Below, piece by piece: positions 12,732 to 26,004 of a DNA stretch of 64,000 bases (its first letter is position 1; every line of letters starts with the position of its first letter). The position numbers were made by a program, and so were the translations under genes. The DNA lies in contig NC_068981.1 of NCBI RefSeq assembly GCF_001194135.2, forward strand, positions 89,884,518-89,948,517, given 5' to 3'. The DNA is from Octopus bimaculoides (taxonomy: Eukaryota). A model generated the notes under the pieces. It saw nothing but the letters and a program-made list of their open reading frames with translations, was not told the DNA's origin and searched no databases.

Positions 12732-13455
12732 NNNNNNNNNNNNNNNNNNNNNNNNNNNNNNNNNNNNNNNNNNNNNNNNNNNNNNNNNNNNNNNNNNNNN
12801 NNNNNNNNNNNNNNNNNNNNNNNNNNNNNNNNNNNNNNNNNNNNNNNNNNNNNNNNNNNNNNNNNNNNNNNNNNNNNNNNNNNNNNNNNNNNNNNNNNNN
12901 NNNNNNNNNNNNNNNNNNNNNNNNNNNNNNNNNNNNNNNNNNNNNNNNNNNNNNNNNNNNNNNNNNNNNNNNNNNNNNNNNNNNNNNNNNNNNNNNNNNN
13001 NNNNNNNNNNNNNNNNNNNNNNNNNNNNNNNNNNNNNNNNNNNNNNNNNNNNNNNNNNNNNNNNNNNNNNNNNNNNNNNNNNNNNNNNNNNNNNNNNNNN
13101 NNNNNNNNNNNNNNNNNNNNNNNNNNNNNNNNNNNNNNNNNNNNNNNNNNNNNNNNNNNNNNNNNNNNNNNNNNNNNNNNNNNNNNNNNNNNNNNNNNNN
13201 NNNNNNNNNNNNNNNNNNNNNNNNNNNNNNNNNNNNNNNNNNNNNNNNNNNNNNNNNNNNNNNNNNNNNNNNNNNNNNNNNNNNNNNNNNNNNNNNNNNN
13301 NNNNNNNNNNNNNNNNNNNNNNNNNNNNNNNNNNNNNNNNNNNNNNNNNNNNNNNNNNNNNNNNNNNNNNNNNNNNNNNNNNNNNNNNNNNNNNNNNNNN
13401 NNNNNNNNNNNNNNNNNNNNNNNNNNNNNNNNNNNNNNNNNNNNNNNNNNNNNNN

Positions 13456-13635
13456 GCCGCAATATACCACGACGTCTAAAATTTTCGAACTTTTTCACTT
13501 GTTCCTTTCAGTTGAAGAGCCTAGGCTCGAAACGTCAAAGACTTTCTCTATTCCCGAGCGTTAAACTAATACATCCATTTGTTGTTTGCACCACCTGTCT
13601 TCGTCTGTTGTTTTGTTTTTTCGTAAATTCCCCCC
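13456..13635 (+). mobile_element. Probable Penelope-like element terminal repeat fragment carrying a hammerhead-like motif
   Basis: ttgaagagcctaggctcgaaacgtc at 13512-13536. The PLE assignment is inferred from the motif. Confidence 0.45.
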
Positions 13636-15809
13636 ATATATATATATATATGTGTGCGTGTGTGTGTGTGTGTGTAAGTGCATAATGAATCGACAGGAGA
13701 GAGTGAAATTTGCAAAAGAGTTGTTGGAGTTGAGAAGTTCATAACTTTCTGGTTTCGAATTTACAAATCACATTCGTCATTTGTAGTTTGTTATGAAGTT
13801 TATATGCTTGTAATTTGTATATTGATCACAAAATTTTTCATTTTAGTGTCTTTGTTGCATATCACACTATTAGTTATTTGAGGTTTGTTATATAATGAAT
13901 TTTGTCTCCTGCTTTATGAGCTTTTTGATTATAGTTTGAATGCAACAGATTCATGTAATGCATACAATCCATGTGATTTTGGCATGCTTAAAAAGTGTGC
14001 TACTTGTGTACATATATGTGCATGCACACATACATATAACTGCATATATATGTACGTACATATATATACATATAACTGCATATATATGTACGTACATATA
14101 TATATACATATATATNNNNNNNNNNNNNNNNNNNNNNNNNNNNNNNNNNNNNNNNNNNNNNNNNNNNNNNNNNNNNNNNNNNNNNNNNNNNNNNNNNNNN
14201 NNNNNNNNNNNNNNNNNNNNNNNNNNNNNNNNNNNNNNNNNNNNNNNNNNNNNNNNNNNNNNNNNNNNNNNNNNNNNNNNNNNNNNNNNNNNNNNNNNNN
14301 NNNNNNNNNNNNNNNNNNNNNNNNNNNNNNNNNNNNNNNNNNNNNNNNNNNNNNNNNNNNNNNNNNNNNNNNNNNNNNNNNNNNNNNNNNNNNNNNNNNN
14401 NNNNNNNNNNNNNNNNNNNNNNNNNNNNNNNNNNNNNNNNNGTGTTTACATTCTATTGTCTCGTAGAAACTTTGCGAGATCGGAATCAAATTGTTTTAGC
14501 GGTGTAACTCGGAAATGATAAAACTGTAAATAGTAAGAGGTAGAATATTGGCCCAAAAGAATCTCGAATGGAAAGAAAAGTCATATATCCAAGTAGCCCA
14601 ATATTCTGTATATTATTATTTATAACTTTATCTACTTCGAATTCCACCGTTAGTAATCATTTATTGTATATGTGTTTGCGTATGCACGCACGTGCGCGTG
14701 TGTGTGAGAGAGAGAGAGAGAGTGTTGGGGATTGTATGCATATATGTATGTAGTTTTTGTATTTGGCAAAATTCGTTGTGTGAAAATGTGTTGAAACAAA
14801 TGCTGTTACTTTGGGAGAAACACACGGGTAATAAAACACGTGGAATGGATGTATTTCACAGCAGTTTTATTAACAATATATTATCAATAATATTAATACG
14901 CTAACTTTTTGTTTTTGTATGTACCTGCTGTGTGCGTCACACTTTCTTCAAAGAAGTGACAAAGCGAGAGAGAGGAGGGCAGAGAGGAAGTAAGAGAGGG
15001 AGAGCGAGTGAGGGACAAGTGAGAGAGTGAGAGACAAAGAGAGAGTGAAAGAGACAGTGAGTGGCGACGGCGCTCGTTTTGTGCTTTTAAATGATTCAGA
15101 GAGGATGTAAGAGAGAATGAAAGAGAGTGAGAGAGAGAGAGAAAAAGTGAAAGAGAAAGAGAGAGTGTGAAAGAGACAGTGAGTGGTGACGGCATTCGTT
15201 TTGTGTTTTTAAATGTTTATCACATCGCAAGAGTAGTAGATACATAGATACATATAAATATTGTTAAATCAAAAGCGAAAGAGAGGAGGGACACAAAGAA
15301 AGTGAAAGAGAAAAAGAGAAAGTGAGAGAGACAGTAGATACACAGAAAATTTCTTACATAGATACATAGACACAGCAAATTTTGGCTGTCAATTTCACTT
15401 TTCATTACCACACGACGATAAAATTAACTCACAAATGGCTGAGTACTCCACAAACAAGAATAGCTTTAACGTAGTTCTCAGGGAGATTCTGCCTCACATA
15501 GAATGTGATAAGGCTGGCCTCTTTGAATTACAGCTACAACTCGAGACATATATATATATATAATATATAGGTTAGTTAAAACATGTTTGCAATAATAAGT
15601 GTCGCGTAGTGGAAATAAACGCAGTTACCAAAAATTTCATTCATAAATCCACTTACTATTTCGTTCTTTTACATTTCAATTTGTACATTCAGGTTCTTTG
15701 AATATGTACGATGTATTTTAAGGATAAATAGTAATTCCGTTTACGTTTGTGTAACTGAGGTATTTGGGTTGGATTATATAGTAATTGGTGTTACATTACT
15801 TTCTTAATT

Positions 15810-15962
15810 TTTTGTGGGGAGGAGGCCAGTTGATTAGATCGACTCCAGTACACAACTGATACTTAATTTATCGACCCCGAAAGGACGAAAGGCAAAGTCG
15901 ATCTCGGCAGATTTTGAACTCAGAATGTAAAGACAGGCGGTCATAATATACAAGCATTTCTC
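15810..15962 (-). mobile_element. SINE family B copy
   Basis: gattagatcgactccagtacacaactgatacttaatttatcgaccccgaaaggacgaaaggcaaagtcgatctcggcagattttgaactcagaa. Confidence 0.85.
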
Positions 15963-16039
15963 ATGGCACCAGTATACTGTTTACAGATAGTTACATTTTT
16001 TCTGTCTTCCGTGAATTTTTCACGGGTCCAGCTAGTTAA

Positions 16040-16093
<54 letters not shown>

Positions 16094-16111
16094 TACTACT
16101 ANNNNNNNNNN

Positions 16112-16198
<87 letters not shown>

Positions 16199-16214
16199 TT
16201 ACTACTACTACTAT

Positions 16215-16261
<47 letters not shown>

Positions 16262-16276
16262 TTACTACTCTTAATA

Positions 16277-16310
<34 letters not shown>
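16040..16310. repeat. (ATT)n/(ACT)n/(GCT)n compound microsatellite
   Basis: Directly visible. Confidence 0.95.
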
Positions 16311-16439
16311 AAATGTTGTTGTTCTTGTCGTCCTCGTCATTGTATCTGATTCCAACTATACGAAACATCTGTATAACTAGTTATAGGAAGTTTGTGTGCC
16401 ATCTTCCTCTCCTGTTGCTCCTCTATATACTCTGAATGG

Positions 16440-18640
16440 AAAAAAATTGCTCATGGGTTCTAAGGATATTCCTGTCCAATGCTGAGAACATTTTAACGAT
16501 CTTTAAATGGGCCTTCTCATGTTGATGATAAATGTGTTGGTTACATACTTACAGCATGCTTACAAAAGAACATATGGCAGAAACTCCTTTCCTTGAAGCT
16601 AAAATAGCAGCAAGAAGCTAAATAGTGGTGAGTCGTCTGGATTAGATGCTATTTGTTCTGAGATCCTGAAATGTGGAAGTGAAAAACTACTTCAACGGCT
16701 AACTAAATGCAAAATATTTGGATTGAAGAGAGCGTCTCAAGTTATTGGAAAGATGCGCTGATGATAGTTCTCTATAAACAGAAAGGTAGGAAGGATGACT
16801 GATGGATCTACAGTGGAATATCTCCGCTGTAGACAATGTGTTATGTATGATCAGGCTGGACAGATTTCTAAAAAGCATCGCTAACGAGGTCCTTCCTGGG
16901 TTTCAGTGTGATTTCATGAATAACAGTGGTACAGCAGATATGATCTTTACTATTTGGAAACTACAGGGAAAAGGAATTAAGAAGATGTACCTGTGTCAAG
17001 CCTTTGCTGATGTTGATCTGACTAAGGCTTTTGATACCGCAAGTGGAAATGCTTAATGTAGCTTTTCAAAGAGGTAAGGTATTGTAATGAGTCTGTCTCA
17101 TTGCTTAGATGTTTCCGTGATCGAATGAAAACATGTGTCAACGTGGGTGGTAATCTCTCTAATCAAATTTTGGCTGAAAATGGTGTTAAAGAAGGGAAAA
17201 TACCAGTGCCAAATCTGCTGGCATTGCACTTTGCTATAGTTTCCTTGATGGTTGTTGAAGATTTCTTGCATGGGACCCGATACTGAAAAATTGGTAGAAT
17301 ATTGAATATAAAACGGTTTCCTACCATAACAAATTTCTTGTCATCACTAATATATAAATTCGTATTTCCTACATACTGACGATTGTGATCTTTTTGCTCA
17401 CTCCCAGAGTGACATGCAGCTTCTTTTGGACTCCTCCCCGACAGCAAGCAGTGCATTGGGTCTAACCAACAACCTAAAATGCCAAATGTAGTGCACCAAT
17501 CTGCACCAGCTGAAGCCAAATCTGAGCCAAAACTTATGTGAATAGACAGAAAGTGCTTGCTGTAGATAAATTCGTATATTTAGGCAGTACTGTGAGCATG
17601 ACAAATACTCCTGATGATGAGACCTTCCGAATCAAGATTCGTTCGGAAAATTTGATAGACGTTTATGGTTTCGGCGTAGAGTTTTAATTGAGACAAAGCT
17701 AAAGGTCTAGAATTCTTGTGTTTAACTCTATTTTTTTTTTTTTTTTTTGTATATACAAGTGAAACGTGAGTTACTTACGAGAGACATGAAAAGACTGAAG
17801 CAATTTCACCAAACGCGACTGTGTGGTTAGCAACTACGCGGTTTTGTATTCAGTTCGCTGTGTAGCACCTTGGGCAAGTGTCTTCTGCTATAGCCCAGTC
17901 CAGTAAGTGAAACAAGTTAAATATAAAGACAGAAATAGTTTCTCCGCCGTTTATTGGACACCATATGGCAAATGTATATTAGAGGCGTTGGATTCCTCGA
18001 ATGCAATCAGTTTACTAGTATATAGTATTTAGTAATTCAGCACCGATTACGATGGAATAGTCATGTGGTTAAGATGAAAGACAATCATATCCCCCAAGCA
18101 GTTTCTGTATGGAGATTTAGCCCAAAATAAAAAACCAAAGCACAAACCAAAATAATGTTATGAGAACAGTATCAAGAACACACTGGAGGAGGTCCAATCT
18201 TGGGAAATGGATAGGAAAACTTTGCCTTTGATTGTGTATCGCGGAGGAAAACAGTTCATGATGGGAGGAAGAAATTCGAACGAAATCTTATCGAGTATGA
18301 AAAATTCAAGAGAGAGAGAGAGAGGTGTTCGTAAGTGATTTGATGTTGATTTAACTCAGTATGTTTGCATAGCACCCGATTCGACATGTAAAAGAGTATG
18401 GCTAGACACCGAGAACTTCTTAACTGTTCATTGTACGGCATCTCTACTTGCAGAGAGTGTAGCAAACAATGTGTACTAGAAGCGGACTGAATTGTCATGT
18501 AAAGGTTCACCATTAACACCTACTGTAAGAGGCAGCCATCGTTGCCATATCTGCGCACAAGAGTTTTAAGTTCGTAACAGGACTAAAAAGCCACATTCGT
18601 GCTCCCCATGTTTAAGAGAGCAATCCAGTGAAAGCATCAC
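16440..18640 (+). mobile_element. 5'-truncated, decayed RTE-clade LINE (reverse transcriptase plus C-terminal region)
   Basis: Frame-broken motifs in the expected order: GLDAICSEILKCG, WKDALMIVLYKQKG, GTADMIFT..KLQ, FADVDLTKAFDT, GVKEG, LHTDDCDLFAHSQSDMQLLLD (YADD site), VDKFVYLGS, IPKQFLYGDL, and a terminal C..C...GLKSHIR finger. Confidence 0.9.
17815..17905 (+). mobile_element. SINE family A fragment nested in the RTE LINE
   Basis: gcaccttgggcaagtgtcttctgctatagccc (CORE-like box) interrupts the RTE reading frame. Confidence 0.75.
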
Positions 18641-18797
18641 TCAAAATCGATCTTAAGCCATTATGTATCTGTTTATATATATATATATATATGCGTATGT
18701 ATATTTATTCTCACGTTGTAAGGGGCTTATCATAATACTGTATAATACATATAGATACACATTATCTAGACAGACAGACAGATAGATAGATAGATAA

Positions 18798-18879
<82 letters not shown>

Positions 18880-19089
18880 GCGTCTTTGTACTACTCGCTT
18901 ATTAGTAGTCATGAGATATTGCGTCTAAGTATTTGCAAATAATTGCATGTGTTTAAGTAACTATGATTAATATTCATTATAATTATAATAGAAGATATTA
19001 AGGTTGGAATAGTCTTTCTATGTATGCAAATGAGTCTGAAGTGTTGTGTGACTACATAAATGAATATTTAAATAGGTTTGTCTGTCTCA

Positions 19090-19147
<58 letters not shown>

Positions 19148-19175
19148 CATGTGTGCGTGTGTGTGTGTCTTGTAA

Positions 19176-19308
19176 GAAGTGTGCTTCTCAACCACATGCT
19201 TCCGGGTTCAGTCCCACTGCGTGGCACCTTCGGCAAGTGTCTACTACTTGCCGACCAAAAGCCTTGTGAGTGGATTTGGTAGACGGAGAACTGAAAGAAG
19301 CCCGTCGC

Positions 19309-19344
<36 letters not shown>

Positions 19345-19528
19345 TTATGTGTTTCTGCATTTGTCCCCCTATCATTGCTTGCCAACCGATGTTGGTGTGT
19401 TTACGTACCCGTAAGCTAGCGGTTCGGCAAAAGCTACCGATAGAACAAGTATTAGGCTTACAAAGAATAAGTCCTGGGGTCGATTTGTTCGACTAAAGGC
19501 GGTGCTCCAGCATGGCCGTAGTCAGATG
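19176..19528 (+). mobile_element. SINE family A, near full-length with internal (TA)/(TG) microsatellite
   Basis: accacatgcttccgggttcagtcccactgcgtggcaccttcggcaagtgtc...gagtggatttggtagacgg...ggggtcgatttgttcgactaaaggcggtgctccagcatggcc. Confidence 0.92.
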
Positions 19529-20095
19529 GTGCATCTTCAAATGAACGAATAAAGCTATGATCAAAAAGCGTTTTAGTAGTGATCTTGTTGTCTTTTATTC
19601 ACTCGAAATATATCGTTTACGAGTATTTGACGAAAATGTGTGCTACTTACATGATAAAGCGTGATTGTATTGATGATTTCGCCGCTATTTCTAGTTAGTC
19701 GACTGTGCCTACTTTTATTTCTTTGTTGTTATAGCTGTTGATTAGCCCGAGGTCATTCTTGATGGCCACGGCTACGTATCTAAGAGGTGAGGATGCGAGG
19801 CTGCAGTTCGACCATGGCGGCACTTTTGGACCTGATGTACAAGCCTGTATAGTGGACTAAGCAAACTCTAGGGCTTCCCCGGCCGGCTCATTTTCTGGCT
19901 CGGCAAGGGATGGGCAGAATTATCATCAAAATATTCCAACCGTGACCATCCCATTTTTAATCTACAGCGTTATCTGTGACATATTTCTCGGTGTTTCTAC
20001 GTTTTCTTCCTTTCTTTTAAAGATGTTTGTAATTTGCATCACAAAGAAAGATATTTCAAAGAAAGATGTTTCTGATACGCATATATATATATATA

Positions 20096-21234
20096 CTAGC
20101 TGGTGTACCCGGTAATTCCTGGGGGCAAAGATGTTCTATCGAAACGCCTTATTACTCTGATATAAGAAAGCATTTTGTTATAACTGCCACAAAAGGTGTA
20201 TATTCAGTCACAAAAAAGTACAAAATACTGTCAGCTGGAGGAGGGAGAGATTGTCGGAGGTTGGTGAGAGAGTTTGTCGGAGGCTGGCGAGAGGCAGAGA
20301 CATTATTCTGCTTAGCGAAGGCATCTGGGTAATGTTTAACTGTTGTCATTCACAGAAAAAAACTATTGTTTTACCGTGAGAAAAGCGTTGTTGAAGTGTT
20401 AAGTGAAATTTGGCAATCGAGGATCGAATCCACGCTATGCCTGCATGAAGCCACTACAAATACGTTGTAGAATAAAAAGTTTATCTACTGTCATGGAAAA
20501 GTGTAACTGTAAAAATGCAGAATTATCGGGATAATGGGCATTCCCAAAAGTGTGTATGCATAGAAATTTATGAATGAAGTCTTTATGGTTTAAGATTCAA
20601 ATCAAGGAAGTACAATAATAATGTTTAGCAGTTCGAAACTGTGAGTAGGGAAATACAAAATTAGGTCGGCTGATCGTGAGAATCAAATATTGATCGCTTC
20701 GCTAAAATCTGCAGCTAGTATGGGTTATTACCCTTGGGTTGTTTAAATAAAATATTAGTATTATGTAGTAGATAGAAGGATCCATTGGAAGGCCCCTATT
20801 ATCGATTTTTTTTCAACAATCTAAGTGTACCACGAGGTTTCCAGACATGAGTTCTATTCACATGTCAAATAAAGTAAAAAAGTGATATTGTCTGCAAAAA
20901 TTAGAAATAGGACACACAAAAAAAATCAATATTCAAAGTAACTAAACATAAACAATGAAATGGATTATTTCCCCTCAGTGTTTAAAAAATATTGTACAGA
21001 TGCTATGGGTTATTTCCCTTGGGTGTTTAAAAAAATTATTATATGAGGTAGATATAAAGGTCCCTTCCAGGTGCCGTATTATCGATTTTTTTCAACAATC
21101 TAAGTATGTTACGAAGTTTCCAGACATGAGGTCTACTCTAGTGTCAAGTTTCATTAAAATCAATAAAACGATGTAGGATGAGTTAGCTAACAACGCCACA
21201 AACAAACACACTGATTTTCCACATATGTAGTAGA
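20096..21234 (-). mobile_element. Non-autonomous Helitron-like element
   Basis: On the minus strand: A|TCTACTACATAT 5' end (21234), GC hairpin cccagg-aatta-ccggg, then CTAG|T 3' end (20096), with no TSD. Internal ~150-bp direct repeat. Confidence 0.6.
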
Positions 21235-22061
21235 TATATACATGTATATATATGTATGTATATATACGTATGTGTATATATATATTTATATATATATATA
21301 TANNNNNNNNNNNNNNNNNNNNNNNNNNNNNNNNNNNNNNNNNNNNNNNNNNNNNNNNNNNNNNNNNNNNNNNNNNNNNNNNNNNNNNNNNNNNNNNNNN
21401 NNNNNNNNNNNNNNNNNNNNNNNNNNNNNNNNNNNNNNNNNNNNNNNNNNNNNNNNNNNNNNNNNNNNNNNNNNNNNNNNNNNNNNNNNNNNNNNNNNNN
21501 NNNNNNNNNNNNNNNNNNNNNNNNNNNNNNNNNNNNNNNNNNNNNNNNNNNNNNNNNNNNNNNNNNNNNNNNNNNNNNNNNNNNNNNNNNNNNNNNNNNN
21601 NNNNNNNNNNNNNNNNNNNNNNNNNNNNNNNNNNNNNNNNNNNNNNNNNNNNNNNNNNNNNNNNNNNNNNNNNNNNNNNNNNNNNNNNNNNNNNNNNNNN
21701 NNNNNNNNNNNNNNNNNNNNNNNNNNNNNNNNNNNNNNNNNNNNNNNNNNNNNNNNNNNNNNNNNNNNNNNNNNNNNNNNNNNNNNNNNNNNNNNNNNNN
21801 NNNNNNNNNNNNNNNNNNNNNNNNNNNNNNNNNNNNNNNNNNNNNNNNNNNNNNNNNNNNNNNNNNNATTCATAAACACAAGAGTATTATTATAGTAGAT
21901 TATCTTGGTAACCATGAATGCTATGAAAAAATACAATCCCCAGCAACACCACCGGATCATTCTACATGTCTGTGTAATTTTTCGCGCAATTCCACTCAGC
22001 CGTTTGACTGAGAATCCCAAGACAAAAAAATTTATATGTACACACACACACACACGCGCGC

Positions 22062-22136
<75 letters not shown>

Positions 22137-22155
22137 TGCGTGTGTGTATGTGTGT

Positions 22156-22449
22156 GTGGAGGCGCAATGGCCCAGTGGTTAGGGCAGCAAAGTCGCGGTC
22201 GGAGGATCGCGGTTTCGATTCCCAGACCGGGCGTTGTGTGTTTATTGGGCGAAAACACCTAATGCTCTGGCAGGTGGGGGCGACCCCTGTAGTACTCTTT
22301 CGCCCCAACATTTTCTCACTCTTTTTTCCTGTTTCTTGAGTAAAGCTGCGATGGACTGGCATCCCCTCCAGCTGGCGGGGAGGAAACATACGCCATGGAA
22401 ACCGGGAAACCGGGCCCATGAGCCTGGCTAGGCTTTAAAAAGGGCGCAT
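22156..22449 (+). mobile_element. Chimeric SINE: family C head and body with a family D-like tail
   Basis: ggaggcgcaatggcccagtggttagggcagc...ggtttcgattcccagaccgggcg as in 32165. Diverges at about 22337 into ctgcgatggactggcatcccctccag...gaaaccgggaaaccggg. Confidence 0.85.
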
Positions 22450-24325
22450 AAATAAATTATATATATATATATNNNNNNNNNNNNNNNNNNNNNNNNNNNN
22501 NNNNNNNNNNNNNNNNNNNNNNNNNNNNNNNNNNNNNNNNNNNNNNNNNNNNNNNNNNNNNNNNNNNNNNNNNNNNNNNNNNNNNNNNNNNNNNNNNNNN
22601 NNNNNNNNNNNNNNNNNNNNNNNNNNNNNNNNNNNNNNNNNNNNNNNNNNNNNNNNNNNNNNNNNNNNNNNNNNNNNNNNNNNNNNNNNNNNNNNNNNNN
22701 NNNNNNNNNNNNNNNNNNNNNNNNNNNNNNNNNNNNNNNNNNNNNNNNNNNNNNNNNNNNNNNNNNNTATATATATTTACAGAAAGAGAGACAGAGAGGC
22801 TCAACAGATACACACACACTTTTATAAATTTGTGCGCGGTTATATGCGCAAAAACATATCCATATGTGTGACCGTAGTTTTTATGGACTCGCATAGCTTG
22901 TTGAGTTGGCATGTGTACGCGTTGTATCTCCCACTCCGCAAACGCGCGCGCGCGTGTGAATGAGTGAGTGACTGAGTGAGTGTGTGAACGAGTAGAAGTG
23001 CGTTGACGCTTATTTGCATTGTGAAAGCCATTTACTAGAAAGATGAAGAATGTAAAGCGACAGAACTGTTAAATGACGTCATATCACGGTGTCTCGCTCA
23101 CTCACCTTCTTTCTCTTCTTCTTTCTCTGTCACTCTGACTCTCCTCCTCTTCTCTCCCTCTCTCCCTCTTTCTCTCTGCCTCATCTGATGTAATGGTGAC
23201 ACTGCTAGTTCCTCATTTAAAAAACAAAAATCGTCTGCTAAGAGAAAGGACGGAGGATGGGGAGCGACAGATGACAGAATTCGGTGAAAAACATTCACAA
23301 AAGCAACACAAAACAAAACCAATGAAAAAGAATTGAGTAAAACATTATGAAAATCGTTTAAATAATGACTTTCTTTTTATAGGCACAAGGCCAGAAATTT
23401 TAGAAGGAACCAACAGTTAGCTGTGTTATCGACCAGACCCAGTACTTGACTGATGCTTTAATTTTTCGTTCCTCGAAAAGACCTCAGTAGGATGTTACAT
23501 CTGTTGTTCTGGTTGTTCTTTAACCCCCAGGTCAGCTATGATCCGAGCAAACCTATCCATTGTGGGGGATTTTATTGAGACATAGTATCTATGTGAGACA
23601 ACATTATTCGATGCGTACTTTTAATAAGACACTCGACTGTGGTTTGAGGTTGATTTTACTGCTTTGTGTAACAGGTCTAGGCTCCTTCTTTGTTGATGTT
23701 TGCAGTGTTGACCCAGTGCTGACCCAACAGACCTATGTTCAAAGATGTTCCAGTCGTGGCCATCCCCACATTTGAAATTCTGACTGTATTTCAGACTACA
23801 TTATCTGATACCACTTCTTCTAAAGTTAAAGTGAACCTTGAGGGGGTATTTAGTTAAGACTCCTACTGTTGGTATCGTATTTAGTCTCACGTCGGTCTTA
23901 ACCTAACAGACTTATTATGAAAGACCATTGCAGTTATGACCATTCCGTTTTTTTTTTATTATTATTATTCTGACAGTGTGTGTATGTATATCTGTAGTGT
24001 AATCTACATGACATACGCGCTCTAACATGACTACGTCTTCCAGTGCGTACTTTTTACAAAAGACTATAAAGTGTAATTTGAAAATGATATTTTGACTGCT
24101 ATTTCTAGCTTGTCACCAATCCTCTTTTGATACAGATGCTGCTGGTTGTAGAGAGGGGAGAGGTTGATAAGATAGTTCTTCTTTCTTTTTTTTTTTCGTT
24201 TTCTTTCTCTCTTTTTCGATATAATGGTGGAAGCGATCTACTTGCAAAACAGTTGTAAATAACGATATGATACGCAAGAGATCGAAACACTACTACTATT
24301 ACTACTACTACTACTACTACTACTG

Positions 24326-24380
<55 letters not shown>

Positions 24381-24502
24381 TAAATTGTGAGGAGTTTTCA
24401 CTGCTAATGCACAAGTAACGCTAACCTTCAATGACTGCTGCTGCTATTACTACTATTACTATCACTATTATACAACTAACTCCTACCATTATACGACCCA
24501 GT

Positions 24503-25217
24503 GAAGAAGCCTCTACGGAGTCACTTGATCTGCTAGATATAGCAACTAAAACCTACCTCAAATTAAACCCTGCGGTCTTAAAAATATGGTGACGTACACA
24601 TTAGATAATGTAATCCCAAGCACCCTTAAAAGATAACCATGGTTGGAATGCCTTTTGTCATGAGTTTAATCAATCAAGATTGACTAGGGTTAAACAACAG
24701 CAACAACTACTACTACCATTACTATTACTTGAGCCAAAGAGAGAAATTTAAGTAGTTCCACGATCAACAAGAAATAGCAGTCAAATCCCCCTCAAATTAC
24801 AACCTATAGATTTTAATTAAAATTGAATTTTACAGACATAACAGACTGGATATGAAGATTAATATAATTCTGAATATGCAAAATAAAGATGGAAAGATTA
24901 GGCAGAGTATGTGTTTTGTCATAGCTCTTCTCAATCTTTACTGACCTAGGGCTAAACAACAACAACAATTACAGCAACGCTATTATTACAACGAAACACA
25001 GCTAAAGAACAGCCGCTACTATTACATCTATTGATTTTTAACATAGGCACATGTAAGGTTATATAGTTCATTAGTACAGATATATATACAAAAATACATA
25101 TGTGTACATGTGTGTATGCATACACTCACACACGCGCGCGCGCGCATACTCATACACACTCACACGTGGAGAGAGATGTTTAGACAGATAGACATAGACA
25201 GACAGGCAGACAGACAA

Positions 25218-25287
<70 letters not shown>

Positions 25288-25600
25288 GCATACATACATA
25301 TATACATACATACATACATACATACATACATACATACATTATGGAAAATTGAAATACACCCTTAACTTATTCTATTGCCATTTAGCAACAGAGGAAGCGT
25401 CTAAGTAATCGGTTGGTTCAATAGAAATAGCAACCAAATCTCTTTCAAATCGCACCCTGCTGTTTTAAACAAGGCAAAATCATTGGATAACGTAGTACTA
25501 TGTATTCCTTAAAATTATGGGAAAAACGGGTACGGTTATGATACCATCGGTCAGAGCTTCTAATCAGGGGTAACCTGGAGTTGCATAACATTAACAACCA
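24503..25600 (+). mobile_element. Three decayed copies of a short retroposon (family E, gaaatagcagccaaatc..ggaatgcctttgatc..aaacaacaac)
   Basis: Similar segments at about 24503-24710, 24750-24970 and 25390-25600. Opposite-orientation fragments at about 2813, 7420, 19680, 23510 and 28735. Confidence 0.6.
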
Positions 25601-26004
25601 TACTACCACAAGGGTAGTATTGATAATGATGATGGTGGCGGCGGCGGTGGCGGTGGCGGTGGCGGTGGTGGTGGCTGTGGTGGTGGTGAAAATGACGGTT
25701 GGTGTTGTTACAGCTGTTGTCTTCGTCGAACGTTGTAAATAAAATTTGGAAATATAAATTACATGGTAGGAAAGATATTGTACATTTGTGAGAAATGAAA
25801 GTAGGATATCGTTATTAAATCGAACAATACGATATTAGGAATGGACAACTACGAACATTTATAAATGTCTACGGAAAACTATGGATGACCATAAATGTAA
25901 ACACATTGAATATAGTAGTACTAAGCTGTGTAGTGGAGTTCAGAAATTTAGTGATCTACATGGAATATTTTGAATATATTCAGAACCGAATAAGTGGGTG
26001 ATGG

